From positions 186,001 through 250,000 of the forward strand of contig OZ025720.1 in NCBI GenBank assembly GCA_964019335.1: a stretch of 64,000 nucleotides of DNA, written 5' to 3'. The first letter of the stretch is position 1, and each line of letters begins with the position of its first letter. The translations under genes and the position numbers were made by a program. Positions 11,401 through 22,816 of this stretch are shown one piece after another. The stretch is from Diplonema japonicum. Its lineage: Eukaryota > Protista > Euglenozoa: Diplonemea. The notes below the pieces were generated by a model. The model was given only the letters and a program-made list of their open reading frames with translations. It had not been told where the DNA came from and made no database searches.

Positions 11401-11776
11401 AAAAAAAAAAAAAGAAGATGCAACTTGTTCAGCACAGCTGTATCTAGTATTTCTTTTCACGCCGTTCTTCTTTTTCTTTCTTCTTAAGAATGGCGAATAA
11501 TGGGGGAATGAAAAAAAAAAAAAAAAAAAAAAAAACTGGGGGAAAAACAATATCATGACTCACTACTTCATTCTGTGACCTCTTCCCCCAATTCCTGATT
11601 TTCTTTCGGGGGAGGAGAGTCAAATTAAACAACCTTTTCCACACTTTAGTGAACTTTCTGTCACTCTCTTGGGAAAAAAGAAATTCGCTCAAGGCCTTCG
11701 GCCTCGAGTGATATGCTTTTCTTTTTCTTTCTTTTTTTTTCTTTCGAGATGACAGAAAATACATTACTCATTGTGA

Positions 11777-11824
<48 letters not shown>

Positions 11825-12109
11825 GCTTACGACACTAATGCGAAGTAAAACTTGAAGAGAGTAAAAAAAAAAAAGAAAAAAAAAAAAGAAATAGAATTCA
11901 AACTTTTTAAACCAAAAAGGTATAAAGAAATATTAAAACACCCTTTTTTTTTCTTTTGGCACCTCCCCTAATAAACAAAAAAAAGAAGGGAAAAAAAAAA
12001 GAAATCTGAGGCACTCTTTTTTTGAAGCGGGAAAAAAAAGAAATACCCCGAGCTATTTCTTCCGTTCTTCTCCCCCTCCCTCTCAGATACAAGTACCATG
12101 ACATGAGGG

Positions 12110-12143
<34 letters not shown>

Positions 12144-12982
12144 GCCAAGAACACACAACATCACGCTTTGTTTTCTTCTTCTTTGAAATTTCTGTTCTTT
12201 CTTTTTTTTGCTGGGGGGGGGGCTAATCGGGATGTGTAAGGATCTCTCTCTTACCCAATTAGAAATCCAAGAGAGGGGGGAAAAGAAAGAAAAAAAGAAG
12301 AAGAAAAAAAGGGGAAACATCCTCCAGGCGAATACCAGTGGTCCCCTAGGATAGGAATCACTAAGTATAGAGGGGGCAGCCCTTGCGGGGGAAATAAAAA
12401 AAAGGAATGAAATGTAGTGACCTCTACCAAGTGAAAATCTCAGTTTTGGTCAACTGACTCTAAGAGAGAGGACCCTGCAGTGGCCTCTGCTGTCGCAGGT
12501 TGGGGTGTGCTGTTTTTGTTTCTTGTTTTTTTTTTTTGTTTTGTTTTTTGAAGAAGCCCAATATAACCTTAATGTGGGCCATAGTTTTTTATAAGTTTTC
12601 CTTTTTTTTTGATTGATTTGGTTGAAGAAACAAATGAGAAAGGGGAAAAGAAGAAAGGGGGGAGGGGGAAAAAAAAAAAACACCCCCGCTCCTTGGCCAC
12701 TGGGCAAGAAAAGGACGATGTCGGCAAAACAAAGTGAGAACCCCCCCCCCCCCCCCCCCGAGGAAAGAGACAAAAAGAACAAAAAAAAAAAGAAATAAAG
12801 AAATGGAAGTGTCATTCTTTATTTATATTCCTGCCCCCTCTGAACCATATAAGCCCTTCCTCATCATTTTTTTTCTTTTTTATTACCTATTCTTCGCACA
12901 CAGACGGAAAAGAGAGAGAGAAGAAGAAAAAAAAAAGGTCTTCCTCGCGGAAGACGTAAAAAAAAAAAAAAAAAAAAAAAAA

Positions 12983-15829
12983 CTATTTCTCCGCGCCCCA
13001 TGAAGCAGAGGGTGGTGCAGGGTTGGTCACTTCATCGTCAGATTCCCCCTGGGAGAATACTTCCTGGATCCTCGGGGGAGGGGAGATAGCCTTCTCACTC
13101 ATTTCTGCAGTAGGAGACAAAAGAAAAGGCGGCGATGCGGGGCTTCTAGTAAGCGGATTAGAATGCCCCCTCGACAATATCAAATCATCCGGTGCCGTCA
13201 GAATAGGCGAAGGAGGCGTGGCCTCAGATGCCCCATCCTGCAAACTTTGAATCGATTTAGCTAAAATCGACTCAGGTGATCCCAAAGGGTTCTTCCTCTT
13301 AGATAAGTGAGGTGGTGGCGGTGAAGGAACCGGCGCATCAGGCATTGATTTCAATCCATCAGCAGGCGCGGCCTTTTCAACAACCAAACCAAGAGTGTTC
13401 AACAGCGCCTCCATCATCTGCTCAACCCTTCCAATCGTTTGCGAAGTAAGCTCTGCTTTCTCTTCCAACCGGCTCAGTCTTGACACAATGTCTACCGTTC
13501 TTGCATGGCCACCGTTCCGCGGGGTAGGCGGAGGATGCAATGTTATGTCGGGAAGCTTTTCCCTTCCATTCCGTTTCCTCCCTCTTGTCGAACTGTGTAA
13601 ATTCAACGCGTCTAAAGGATCACTGGACATCGAATGTTCAGACCCCACACGGTTCAGCCCTTTCGCAGAGGAATTCTCGCTTTTCAAATCCAGGACGAAC
13701 GGGGTGTGTGAGTTCGATGCTCCGGACACGTGGGTTACCTCACCGCTGTCGCCGGGTTCTAATGTGTTCGACTCCTTCCCTGGTGAGTCTTGTGTACCGT
13801 TTGCGTTGAATGTTGGTGGGATCAGTGTTAGTGCGACAGAACCCGTTGCTTGAAATGTGTCTTCGATAAGCTGTAAGTCTCCAGCATCGTCCTCGCCTTC
13901 GTTTTGTTCTCCGATTGCAGATAAATGCATTCCAATGGTCACTTTTGCACGGTGTGCCGCTCCATGCGGGTCGACGGCAGCCACAATGAACCCGTCGTTG
14001 TACTGTTCCCACGTTATGCCGAGGAAATCGTGCGGGCCCGACATTTCCAGGATGAACCTTGATTTGATCTGGGTTTGTTGGATCTGTCGTTTGTGCATTT
14101 CCTGTGCCACGGCTTCTTTCATCTCCGGGTGTTTTCGAATCAACCCGAAAAAATCGCCCTTGTCCAAACGGAACAGTTCGCAGTAGGTGAGGGTCGTGAT
14201 GGACGCCGTTCGCTTGCTGTCGGTGAGCAACGCCATCTCGCCGAAGAAACCGCCGGGCTTGATGACGCCCCACAGATTGCCTTCGGGTGATGTTACCTCC
14301 GCAAAACCATGCCCGAGAAAGAACATTTCATGTCCGTAGTCCCCTGCCTTGATGATACGGCGTTCGGGTTCCATGACGAGATTCTTCAACGCGTTGGTGA
14401 GGCCGACTAAGCAGTCGATGGGCTGTTCCTTGAACATGGGGACCTGGCAGATAAACTTCATCCGCACAAACAACCCCACCCTGTCGCGCATGACGGATGG
14501 GAGGGTTTTCAGAACCTTCGTGAAGGAACCGGAAACGTCGGAGTGCAACTGGTGGTACTGGTAAGCGAGTACCTCGCATGCCAGCTGGTCTGGGATATTA
14601 AACTTTTTTAACACGCTGAGCGTTTCCTTCATTTGATCCGTGCGCTCGCTTTCAACATCTCCCTTCTGCACCCTCGATGATATCTTGGATATGACAATCC
14701 CATGCACAACCACACCCACGATAAACAAGACAGACGCGAACAGTTGTTTCATTGGAGTGTCCACCTCAACATCACCATACCCCACCGTTGTGACCGTGTA
14801 CAGTGTCCAGTACAGCGCTGTAATGTATGAATACGCTTTGTCGGTTGTTCCACGGGGGCCTTCCTTGTTGAGGAGAATCCAGCACACTGATATGAAATTG
14901 ATGGCCAGAGTGCAGTAGAACACCAATCGGAGCATCGGGACCACCGTGAAATGAAACCGAACAGAGCTCGGAGCTAGTTTGACAGGCGTTACAACCTGAA
15001 ACAACGTCGGCACCACGAACACCTTTAAAAACCGCAGATGCGCCAGAGCAAGATACGCCCACCCGTCTACAAAGTCCGAGCCCAGCGCGAGCAGAAGAAT
15101 CAAATCGATAGGAAGCGCTGCAAGAACATCACGCCATAGGCCCGAAGCTGCGTAGTTTGCACGAATGTCCTCACGCTGTTCAACTAAAGACCCGGAATTC
15201 ACGTCGATAAAGGCAGTGTTCAATCTGATGAAAACATCGGCTGTGAAGATAACAGTGCATATAACCTCTAGTACAATGTGTCCTATCTCACCTGCAAGCA
15301 GTCTGTCACGCGGCATTGCGTACTGGCAGGGGACAAAGATCCCGTAGTACAAAATACAGGCGAGAAGCAATGTGTCCCAGTACCACAGCCGCATGTCGTC
15401 AGGTTGCAGGACGTCGGACCGCAGGGCGTTGCTGAGCTTTTCCATTGTTTGTTGCGATTTTGCTAAAACGCTGCGCTGTCCCCTGCCGCCCGAGGGGACG
15501 GAGACCGACTCGTCTCGGAATATGGTTTTCGGAGCGTTCGACTGATACGGTTTCAGCTGTTCCTCCGTCAGCTCCCCTAGATACAGGTTGCTGCTGCTTC
15601 TCCCGGGGAGGTATTTCTTCAAGAATGCACCATCGGAGCCTTCTGTTCCGCCACCGTTGATGCTGTTGTTCCTGCCGATCTCTGCTGTTTCGCTGTGGGA
15701 GGAGACGGAACTTGGTTCACGTGAGAACCTGTGTTGCTGCGAGCTTTGTGATGACACATGCAGCCCGTTTGCATCTTGCGCCTGAACAACCGGTGATGTG
15801 ACATGTGTACGGGGGCTTTCGATCGGCAT
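12983..15829 (-). CDS. Cyclic-nucleotide-binding K+ channel (KCNH/CNG-like) with PDZ-like domain
   Basis: Six TM segments, TVGYGD selectivity filter, C-linker, cNMP domain (FFGEMALL..RTASI), then an LGITW...V.AVDP.GAA.RA PDZ-like segment. Start placed at MPIESP. Confidence 0.9.
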   Translation of the reverse strand: MPIESPRTHVTSPVVQAQDANGLHVSSQSSQQHRFSREPSSVSSHSETAEIGRNNSINGGGTEGSDGAFLKKYLPGRSSSNLYLGELTEEQLKPYQSNAPKTIFRDESVSVPSGGRGQRSVLAKSQQTMEKLSNALRSDVLQPDDMRLWYWDTLLLACILYYGIFVPCQYAMPRDRLLAGEIGHIVLEVICTVIFTADVFIRLNTAFIDVNSGSLVEQREDIRANYAASGLWRDVLAALPIDLILLLALGSDFVDGWAYLALAHLRFLKVFVVPTLFQVVTPVKLAPSSVRFHFTVVPMLRLVFYCTLAINFISVCWILLNKEGPRGTTDKAYSYITALYWTLYTVTTVGYGDVEVDTPMKQLFASVLFIVGVVVHGIVISKISSRVQKGDVESERTDQMKETLSVLKKFNIPDQLACEVLAYQYHQLHSDVSGSFTKVLKTLPSVMRDRVGLFVRMKFICQVPMFKEQPIDCLVGLTNALKNLVMEPERRIIKAGDYGHEMFFLGHGFAEVTSPEGNLWGVIKPGGFFGEMALLTDSKRTASITTLTYCELFRLDKGDFFGLIRKHPEMKEAVAQEMHKRQIQQTQIKSRFILEMSGPHDFLGITWEQYNDGFIVAAVDPHGAAHRAKVTIGMHLSAIGEQNEGEDDAGDLQLIEDTFQATGSVALTLIPPTFNANGTQDSPGKESNTLEPGDSGEVTHVSGASNSHTPFVLDLKSENSSAKGLNRVGSEHSMSSDPLDALNLHSSTRGRKRNGREKLPDITLHPPPTPRNGGHARTVDIVSRLSRLEEKAELTSQTIGRVEQMMEALLNTLGLVVEKAAPADGLKSMPDAPVPSPPPPHLSKRKNPLGSPESILAKSIQSLQDGASEATPPSPILTAPDDLILSRGHSNPLTRSPASPPFLLSPTAEMSEKAISPPPRIQEVFSQGESDDEVTNPAPPSASWGAEK

Positions 15830-15941
15830 TTTCTGTTTTTTCTTGTTACCTTTCCCCCCTCTCCTCTTCCCCTTCAACCACCCAGTCCTTTTTTTTTTTT
15901 TTTGTGTCGAAGGAAAAAAAGAAAATGCACTGATAAAAATA

Positions 15942-16268
15942 TCACGAACCCCGAAGCAAAGCCTCGACCCTGAACCTGTTCAGCTCCTTCACCGGATCCC
16001 CCGGAGTCTCTCTGTCCGGTTTGCAATAACGCTCTAGGTACACCCCGGTGCCCAAGGTGCCTAGCAGGATGCCTGTTCGCCATAAGATGGTTGGGGACTC
16101 CTCTGAAATGACCGCTAGCATCGGATGATTCAGCGCCATGTACGTTCCCCACACCACGCCAGCCCACACGAGCAATTCCAGAACCACGCACAGCTGGTTC
16201 GTTCCCCGAGATATCCGCGACAGCCCGTGGATGGCCGTCATCAGTTCCTCGCTTGTGTATTTTTGCAT
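15942..16268 (-). CDS. Small two-TM hypothetical protein (108 aa)
   Basis: Complex-sequence ORF between homopolymer spacers, with two hydrophobic stretches. Confidence 0.6.
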   Translation of the reverse strand: MQKYTSEELMTAIHGLSRISRGTNQLCVVLELLVWAGVVWGTYMALNHPMLAVISEESPTILWRTGILLGTLGTGVYLERYCKPDRETPGDPVKELNRFRVEALLRGS

Positions 16269-16411
16269 TTCTTTTTCTTTTCCGTCCGTGTGTATACCCG
16301 TCTAAAAAAAGTTTTTTTTTTTGGGGAGGAGCAAAATAAAACAAAAAACAAAATCACATTTCTTAAATTGATCGTTTTTTTTTCTTTTTTTTTTTTTTTT
16401 TTTTTTTTCTT

Positions 16412-16784
16412 TTAGTGCCGCCGGTTTCCCCTCCGGTGGCTTCCCTTACCCCAACCTCTTCCGCTTTTGCTTCGGTTCCAGTCGCGTTCACGGTCACGAG
16501 GTCGTTCTTCGTTTTTTCTCCTCCGGTCCCCATCGCTGTCCCTCCTGCCGTTTCTATCCCTCGCATCGTAGCTATCGAAGGACGGAGATCGTCCCCAGTC
16601 CCTAGTATGGTTATTCTCGCCGCTTCTCCGTTTCACGGATGAGGATCGTTTCGCTTTCTTTTCCCGCCTGTCTTTGTTGTCCTTTTTCCGTTTCTGTGGA
16701 GCCCGGTTCCTTTGAAGCTTCGGCTCGTCCTCGGGGGTGCGACTCCTCACCAAAGGTTGAAATGGAACACGAAACACATCATCC

Positions 16785-16833
<49 letters not shown>

Positions 16834-17411
16834 TATCATCATCCTCATCTTGTGGTTCTGGTGTAGCTGAAGGCGATCTTGTCGTTTCTCGGTACTGTGG
16901 GAAAGATGAAAGCATATCAGCTTCAACAGCGCGTACTGCACCGGTTTCCATCAACCGGATTTTATACAAGGGAGTGGATGAATGGGTCGTCACGCTAATG
17001 ATTACTGCTGGCTGCAGATCAGATCCAGAGTATGTGCAGTTTACCATATCGCCTTCTTTAAGCTGCCTGCCAGAGTCGGCCACCGCACGTAAGGCGCCAA
17101 GAAGGTCCTCTTTAGAAGGGCGGGGTTTCTCGTTAGTAGTTGCAACGATGTTGAGCTCTTCGATGCTTTCTTCTAAGGATTTGATGGTGGCGGCCACCTT
17201 GGTGGTGTAGTCCTCTGACCTCAGCACATCTAGGTATCCTTCCAGATGCCGTTTCACAAGGAAGTATACAAAGCGTTTCATCGCGGGTTCGCCCTGTTCT
17301 TTTCCTGCGGCATCTGCTGCCAAGGTCTGTATTCTCTCCAAGCCTGCCTCCGTCACTTGTCGTTTGGTAACGTAAGGCTGTACTAATCGCTGTAAAAATA
17401 TAAAAATTGCT

Positions 17412-17446
<35 letters not shown>

Positions 17447-17522
17447 ATACCTTAACCTCAGCTGTCACCCATCGTGCTTCGTTCCAACTTTTCGAAGATG
17501 GGTCGTGGTTTTCCATTGTCAT
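16412..17522 (-). CDS. Hypothetical protein with Tudor-like segment, poly-Asp tract and Arg/Ser-rich tail; exons 17451-17522, 16412-17389
   Basis: GT-AG intron 17390-17450 supplies an in-frame ATG exon (MTMENHDPSSKSWNEARWVTAEVK|RLVQPY). Confidence 0.7.
16778..16848. repeat. (GAT)n microsatellite encoding poly-Asp
   Basis: Run of CAT triplets on the + strand. Confidence 0.95.
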
Positions 17523-17983
17523 GGTTTTTTATTTTTGTTTTTTTTATTTTATTTTTTTTTGTTTGTTTGGGGGTCCCCTCCCCCTTTTTTTTTGCGGTGT
17601 TTTTTTTTAAGTGCTCCATAAAAGAGGGGGGGGGGGGGGGGGGGATGTATTTTCATTTCATTTTATTTTATTTTCCCCCTGGGACAATCTAATAAAAAAA
17701 TTCATTTTTTTTGTTCTTGTTCACCCGTTCGATTTGAATTGAGGGGAGAAGCACCATCAGTCATAGCTGGGTTTAAACTGCACTATGCTGCTTACAGACA
17801 GTAACCGATGTTTTCTTTTTGTTGGGTTTCCTTCTTTCCTTTACACCACCCACGTATCGACAACACGCAAAAAAAAAAAAAAGAAGAATATAGGGAAAGA
17901 ATTGAGGAAATGGTGGGGAGGGAATAAAAAAATGTTGCCACAAAAAAAAAAAAAAATCTTTTTAGCACTGACAACTTTCTATC

Positions 17984-18039
<56 letters not shown>

Positions 18040-18893
18040 TCCAAATCCGATATCCGGAACAAAGGGAGAGCTAGCCGTAGTTATTTATCGGGTAGAACCT
18101 GTAGAGGTTTATAAACCCGTAAAACACGGCGTCCCTTCTGTTAAGACAGTTAAAAAACTCGTCCTTGCCAAAAAAGAAAAAAAAAAAAAAAAGAAAAAGA
18201 TCCTTGTTCAGACAAGTCAAAATTCCTCATACTTGCATTAGGAAAGACTAGTCACGAACATGCCACTAATTCTTCACTCAGTACCTTACCATATATGGGT
18301 ACGCACTCCTTGTATAAGGTACTAGTTTGGGAGCGGGGCTTAATTTTTTTTTTCTTCCTCTTTCCCCCCCCCCCAAAAAAAATCTTCTAACTCTGACCAC
18401 GTTACCATTGTCAGAAGGGCATTTATTTCCCCCATCACCCCCCCTTCTTCTTATCGTCAGCTGACAGAACGACTTCTTGAAGAGAGAGAAAAAAAAGAGA
18501 GACAAAGAAGGCTGCCACTACAGAAAGAAATTGGTGCTTCATAGAGTTTGCGGGTCTTCCGCCCCTTTTAGAGGGCGGAGGGCGTAAAAGGATAGAAAGG
18601 GTGAGGAAGGGGAGGGGAGGGGAGGGGAGGGGAGGGGAGGGGAGGGGAGGGGAGGCGCATTGAGTGCTGCATTTGTGGATTCCGAAAAATATTCCCACAA
18701 TTTCTTTTTTTCTTCTTTTTTTTTTTCAGATCTTGCCCAAAAAATCAGGATTTGATTTTTGGATCCGGGTTGGATGCACTCTGTGCCCAGGAGGGGGGAG
18801 GGAATATAGTTTTCGCTCTTTTTTTTTTTTTTTTTTTTTTCCTCCTTTTATTCTCATTCTCTTGAAAAGCACTGTTTTTTTTTTTTTTTTTTT

Positions 18894-19465
18894 CACTCTT
18901 CAGAAATTACTTCACGCACTGGGGGGCCCATTACTTCACGCTAAATCTCATTACTTCACGCTAAATCTCATTACTTCACGGTGAAATAATGGCCTGTTTT
19001 CGTGAAGTAATAGGGGGTTTCCGTTAAATAATATGCCTCGGTAGGCCAATTTTTGCCTCGGTTCGGTTCCCAGTGGGGCTACTTTTTCCTCTCAGTTTGC
19101 TATTTCCCCCCAGGTTCAGCTCAATTGGCCAACTTTTGCCTCGGCTCAGTTCCAAGTTGGACTACTTTTTCCTCCCAATTTGCCCACTTTTGGCTAGGCC
19201 TTGTTCCCAGTTTCTGTGGGTAACTCTTCTGTGGGTAAGGGTAACTTAGTCAGCTTACCCAAGCACCCCAAAAGACTTCAAAATACCGAAGCAGCAGAAA
19301 AAAAGGAGCCAGCGGCCGCGCTAGGTATGGGAAGGCCTGATTAGAGATGGTGACAGTGGCAATGCCAGCGACAGCGGCAACTTGTATTGTAACCTTTGTA
19401 ACCCCTCTCTTGTTGTACCCCTTGTCACCCTGTTGTGCCCCTCGTGGTGAAGTAATTTCAAAGTG
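18894..19465. mobile_element. Non-autonomous TIR element, CACTA/CMC-like, with subterminal 11-bp repeats
   Basis: Starts cactcttcagaaattacttcac and ends gtgaagtaatttcaaagtg. attacttcacg occurs at 18906, 18930, 18950 and 18970, and inverted at 19001. Confidence 0.45.
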
Positions 19466-19483
19466 TCGTGAAATAAAACCACT

Positions 19484-19582
19484 TACCTACCGCCAAGTAA
19501 TGCTTTACCGACCTCTCGGTTCCGCATTTTACCATCTCGGGCCCTGCGAGGTAACGGTAAAGTCATTACTTGTTGGCAGTAA
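19484..19582. mobile_element. Short foldback MITE-like element
   Basis: caagtaatgctttaccg pairs with cggtaaagtcattacttg. Confidence 0.45.
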
Positions 19583-20922
19583 ATAGCTATTTTTTTTCAA
19601 GGTGAGGTACGGGAATGGTAGCGAGTCCTACCCCCTTGCCATGAACCTTGCTGGCAGAAATTCAAGATTCTTAATGACGCATATATGTAGCAAAAAAAAA
19701 AAGGTTTTTATTTGATTTAATTATTTGTAACAAAAAAAGGGGGGGGGGTGGGGAGCATCTCGGAAAGACAAAAAAGGGTTAAAACTGCGAGGTACTCTAG
19801 TTTACGTCGCAAGCGTATCCTTAGAGCCCATACACTTGGTCCACCCCTTGCCTTCCTCTGTTAGGGCAAAGGCTTTTGCCTACAGAAAAAGAATCAGTTG
19901 ATTGTTGTTTGTTGCACAGCCAGGAATAACCTGTAGAAGGATAAGCCCAACAATGCTACGAAAAAAAAAGAAAAGAAAAAAAAGAAAAAAAAAAGGCCTT
20001 GACTAGGCATGAGACGGTGTGCGGGTTTCGTGTATTGTACGTCAGTTCTCTGCTACGAATGGCGGAGAATTGATTTTTTTTTTCCCCCTTTTTATTTATT
20101 TTTATTTTTTTTTTTTTATATTTTCGGTCGAGAAGGGTGTCAAGAAAAAAATATATTAACTCCTACGAATTGAAAAAAAAAAATTGTTCTCCCTTAATCA
20201 CTCAAGCAAGACGGGGAAAATGAAAAAAAGAAAAAAGAAAAAAAGAAGGGAAAGGACGGGAGGCAGAGAATAAAAAAAAAAAAAAAAAAAAAACGCCTCT
20301 AAAAAAAAAAAAGTTTTTCTTTTTCTTTTCTTGCTGAGAAGGGAGAGGGGGGAGGGGAGGAATGACGTACTTGTATAGAGTAGTAACATAAGAAGAAAAA
20401 AATCGATTCTTTGACATCAAGGTGACACAAGTGGTGGGGTGTTGGCCTAACTACACTTTTGAGTAGCTTCTAACTTGTGCGGTGCCACCTCTCAGGCTTG
20501 GCGTGGTGTGCCTGGTCCCCGTTTCCACGCGGTAGGGCCAAAGTGCGATCCTGTACGACAACCTGGTCAAGGTTTACCTTATTTCCTGAAATGACTTCGC
20601 TTAAGGGGACGCGTCGTTACGCACCTAGACCCGGCCAAAAAAAAAAAAAAGTCTTGCTGCCCCCTTATTAAAATAAAAAAATCAAAAAAAAAAATCAGTT
20701 TGTGCTCACCACCATTCCCCTCCCCCCTTGTCAAAAGAAAAAAATGAGGCGGAAAATGGTATGCTGGCCATTCTAGTTTTTCAGGCACCGACCGCTCGTG
20801 GGCACAAACAAAAATGGAGCGCCCATTGAAAGAAAAAAAAATGGGGCAGAAAAAAAAAAAAAGAAGAAGAAGAAATGATGGAAGTGCTTTTATTTTCTTG
20901 TACCACAATGGGAGGGGCCCTT

Positions 20923-21354
20923 TCATAGCAAACTAGCGGCACTAACAAGGGTAGTGAGGCCTTGCGCTTCACGGGGGTTTGGAAGATGATTAAAGACGGT
21001 GAGGAGGGCGCTTGTCTCGTGGACACTACATGAGGAGGTGGAGGTGGAGGTGGTGGTGGTCAGTGATGAGTCTTCTTCCTTGTCAGACTCCGACATAGCG
21101 TCGGTAGAGCCACATATCACCGATTTATTAAGAGCGCGGAGGGTTCTCTCGTTCATTTGCGTCATCTGGCCACACTCTACAAGCCAGCGGGGGGCCTCGC
21201 TTCCTTTCGCTTCGACTGGCCTGCCGCCAGAGGAGCCCATCCCGTACATGGCACTATTCACCCTGTTACACATTTTTTGCATTCTTCCAGTTGCGTCGTG
21301 GAGTCTGCAAAGACTGCGCTTGAGTGCTTGCTCAGAGGCAGAGTGGCGGTTCAT
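20923..21354 (-). CDS. Hypothetical protein (143 aa)
   Basis: ORF fills a complex-sequence island directly downstream of CFAP206 on the same strand. Confidence 0.6.
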   Translation of the reverse strand: MNRHSASEQALKRSLCRLHDATGRMQKMCNRVNSAMYGMGSSGGRPVEAKGSEAPRWLVECGQMTQMNERTLRALNKSVICGSTDAMSESDKEEDSSLTTTTSTSTSSCSVHETSALLTVFNHLPNPREAQGLTTLVSAASLL

Positions 21355-21558
21355 ATTTTATTATTATTATTATTATTTTTTTTTTTTTTTTTAAATCCAG
21401 CTTCACCGCATGTTTGTGTTGTCCTATATGTTTATATACAATTCTCTCACTTATTTTCTTTTTTTTTTTTTTTTTTTGAGAAAAGAAAAAAAAAAAAAAA
21501 GAATGAATTTTTTTTTTTTTTTTTTTTTTTTTTCCTTATTCACAATTTTCCCAGTTTT

Positions 21559-22780
21559 TCACTGGTCGAATTCCATTTTAATAACCTGGACCTTGGTGGC
21601 GTTGTTCCCCCGGAGACCTTTGATGTACTGTACTTTCTTGCTGGGCTGCGTGGCTTTGTTGTGTGCTGTTTGCGTCTCCTGCGTCTTCGGGAGATAGGTT
21701 TGTGTGTCATTCTCCCGCCTGTGGTGAGACTGGTTGGTCTGCGAAGCATGTGTACATTTGTTCCTAAGGTTGGCCAGTTTCAGCGCAAGCCGTCGCAGCT
21801 CCCACTCGTTCCATTCATACTTATGGTCTTTATAACTGTCGATTTGTCCTGTTTGAGTGTGTGATTCAACCTTCACTACTTCCCGTGGCTTCGTGGCAGA
21901 TCTTGTCCCTTGCAGGTAGATGTCTTTTGGGAGTTCGTTCTGCATTCCCAAAAGATGAATCAGGTTGCTCTCCGCAGCACATGCTTCAAGCAAATCCGTG
22001 CTGATATATTTAAAAGGATCCCGCGCGAAAGATTTCAAAGCACGTTCTGAACTGAAGGCGTAGTAAGTATCATTTACAGGAAGATGTATGAACCCGGGGC
22101 ACATCTCACCGTGCTTCCCATCTAGAAGCAGGTTTTTGTCGAGGATTGACGTTACGCAAAACCCGTTGAACTCAAGCTGTTTGTTCTCTGGGAGTTCTTG
22201 TAGGTACTCCACAGAAGGGTTTTGTACCTCCGATGCTATTAAAATCTTGTTCGGGGGGTGTTCCTCCGCACGTGTTGCAAGCGCTTCCTCCACATCGCTG
22301 GGGTTCAGTGTGGTGTGGAACGGCGATTGGTACGCAACAACCGTCTCGAGCAGCCGTTTATAATCAGTGAGGTCCTGCCAGTTCCTTCGGAATAAGTCCC
22401 ATTTATCTGAAAGGTCGATGAATCTTGGGTAGATTGTCGACTTTGGAACGGAGGAGCTTTGTGAGACGAGGCCCTTTACTTCTTCCATGAGGGATTCCCA
22501 CTGCGGGAGGACGGTTTGGAGCTTTTGTTGCGCGCCTTCGAGGAGCTTCAAGAGGTTTTTCAGGTACACGGCAAACTGTTTCTTGTTCAGGTACTCTGTC
22601 AACAACCTCGCCCGGCCCTCCGCAGTTATCTGCAGCGACGGTGTCATCAGAACAGTTTGATAGTGAAAACTGGATTTCTCAGCTTGCGCAGCGTGTTGCT
22701 TGCAGGTGGCCAGCGATGCGGAAAGTATTTTCTCCGATTCTTCCGGAAGGTCAGGGATACCAGCTCCCCCCTGTTGTGAG

Positions 22781-22816
<36 letters not shown>

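Noticed and set aside
11350-12900. Numerous poly-Phe/poly-Lys ORFs here and across the window
   Set aside because: Translations of homopolymer tracts; the poly-K stretches inside the cyclase and CFAP206 ORFs are introns.
18080-18545. Possible small multi-exon secreted-protein gene (MKHQFLSVVAAFF...)
   Set aside because: Could not assemble a consistent spliced frame without invoking homopolymer errors.
18906-18980. attacttcacg repeats as a CRISPR array
   Set aside because: Repeats are only 11 bp, spacers are 9-13 bp and partly identical, there are no cas genes and the context is eukaryotic.
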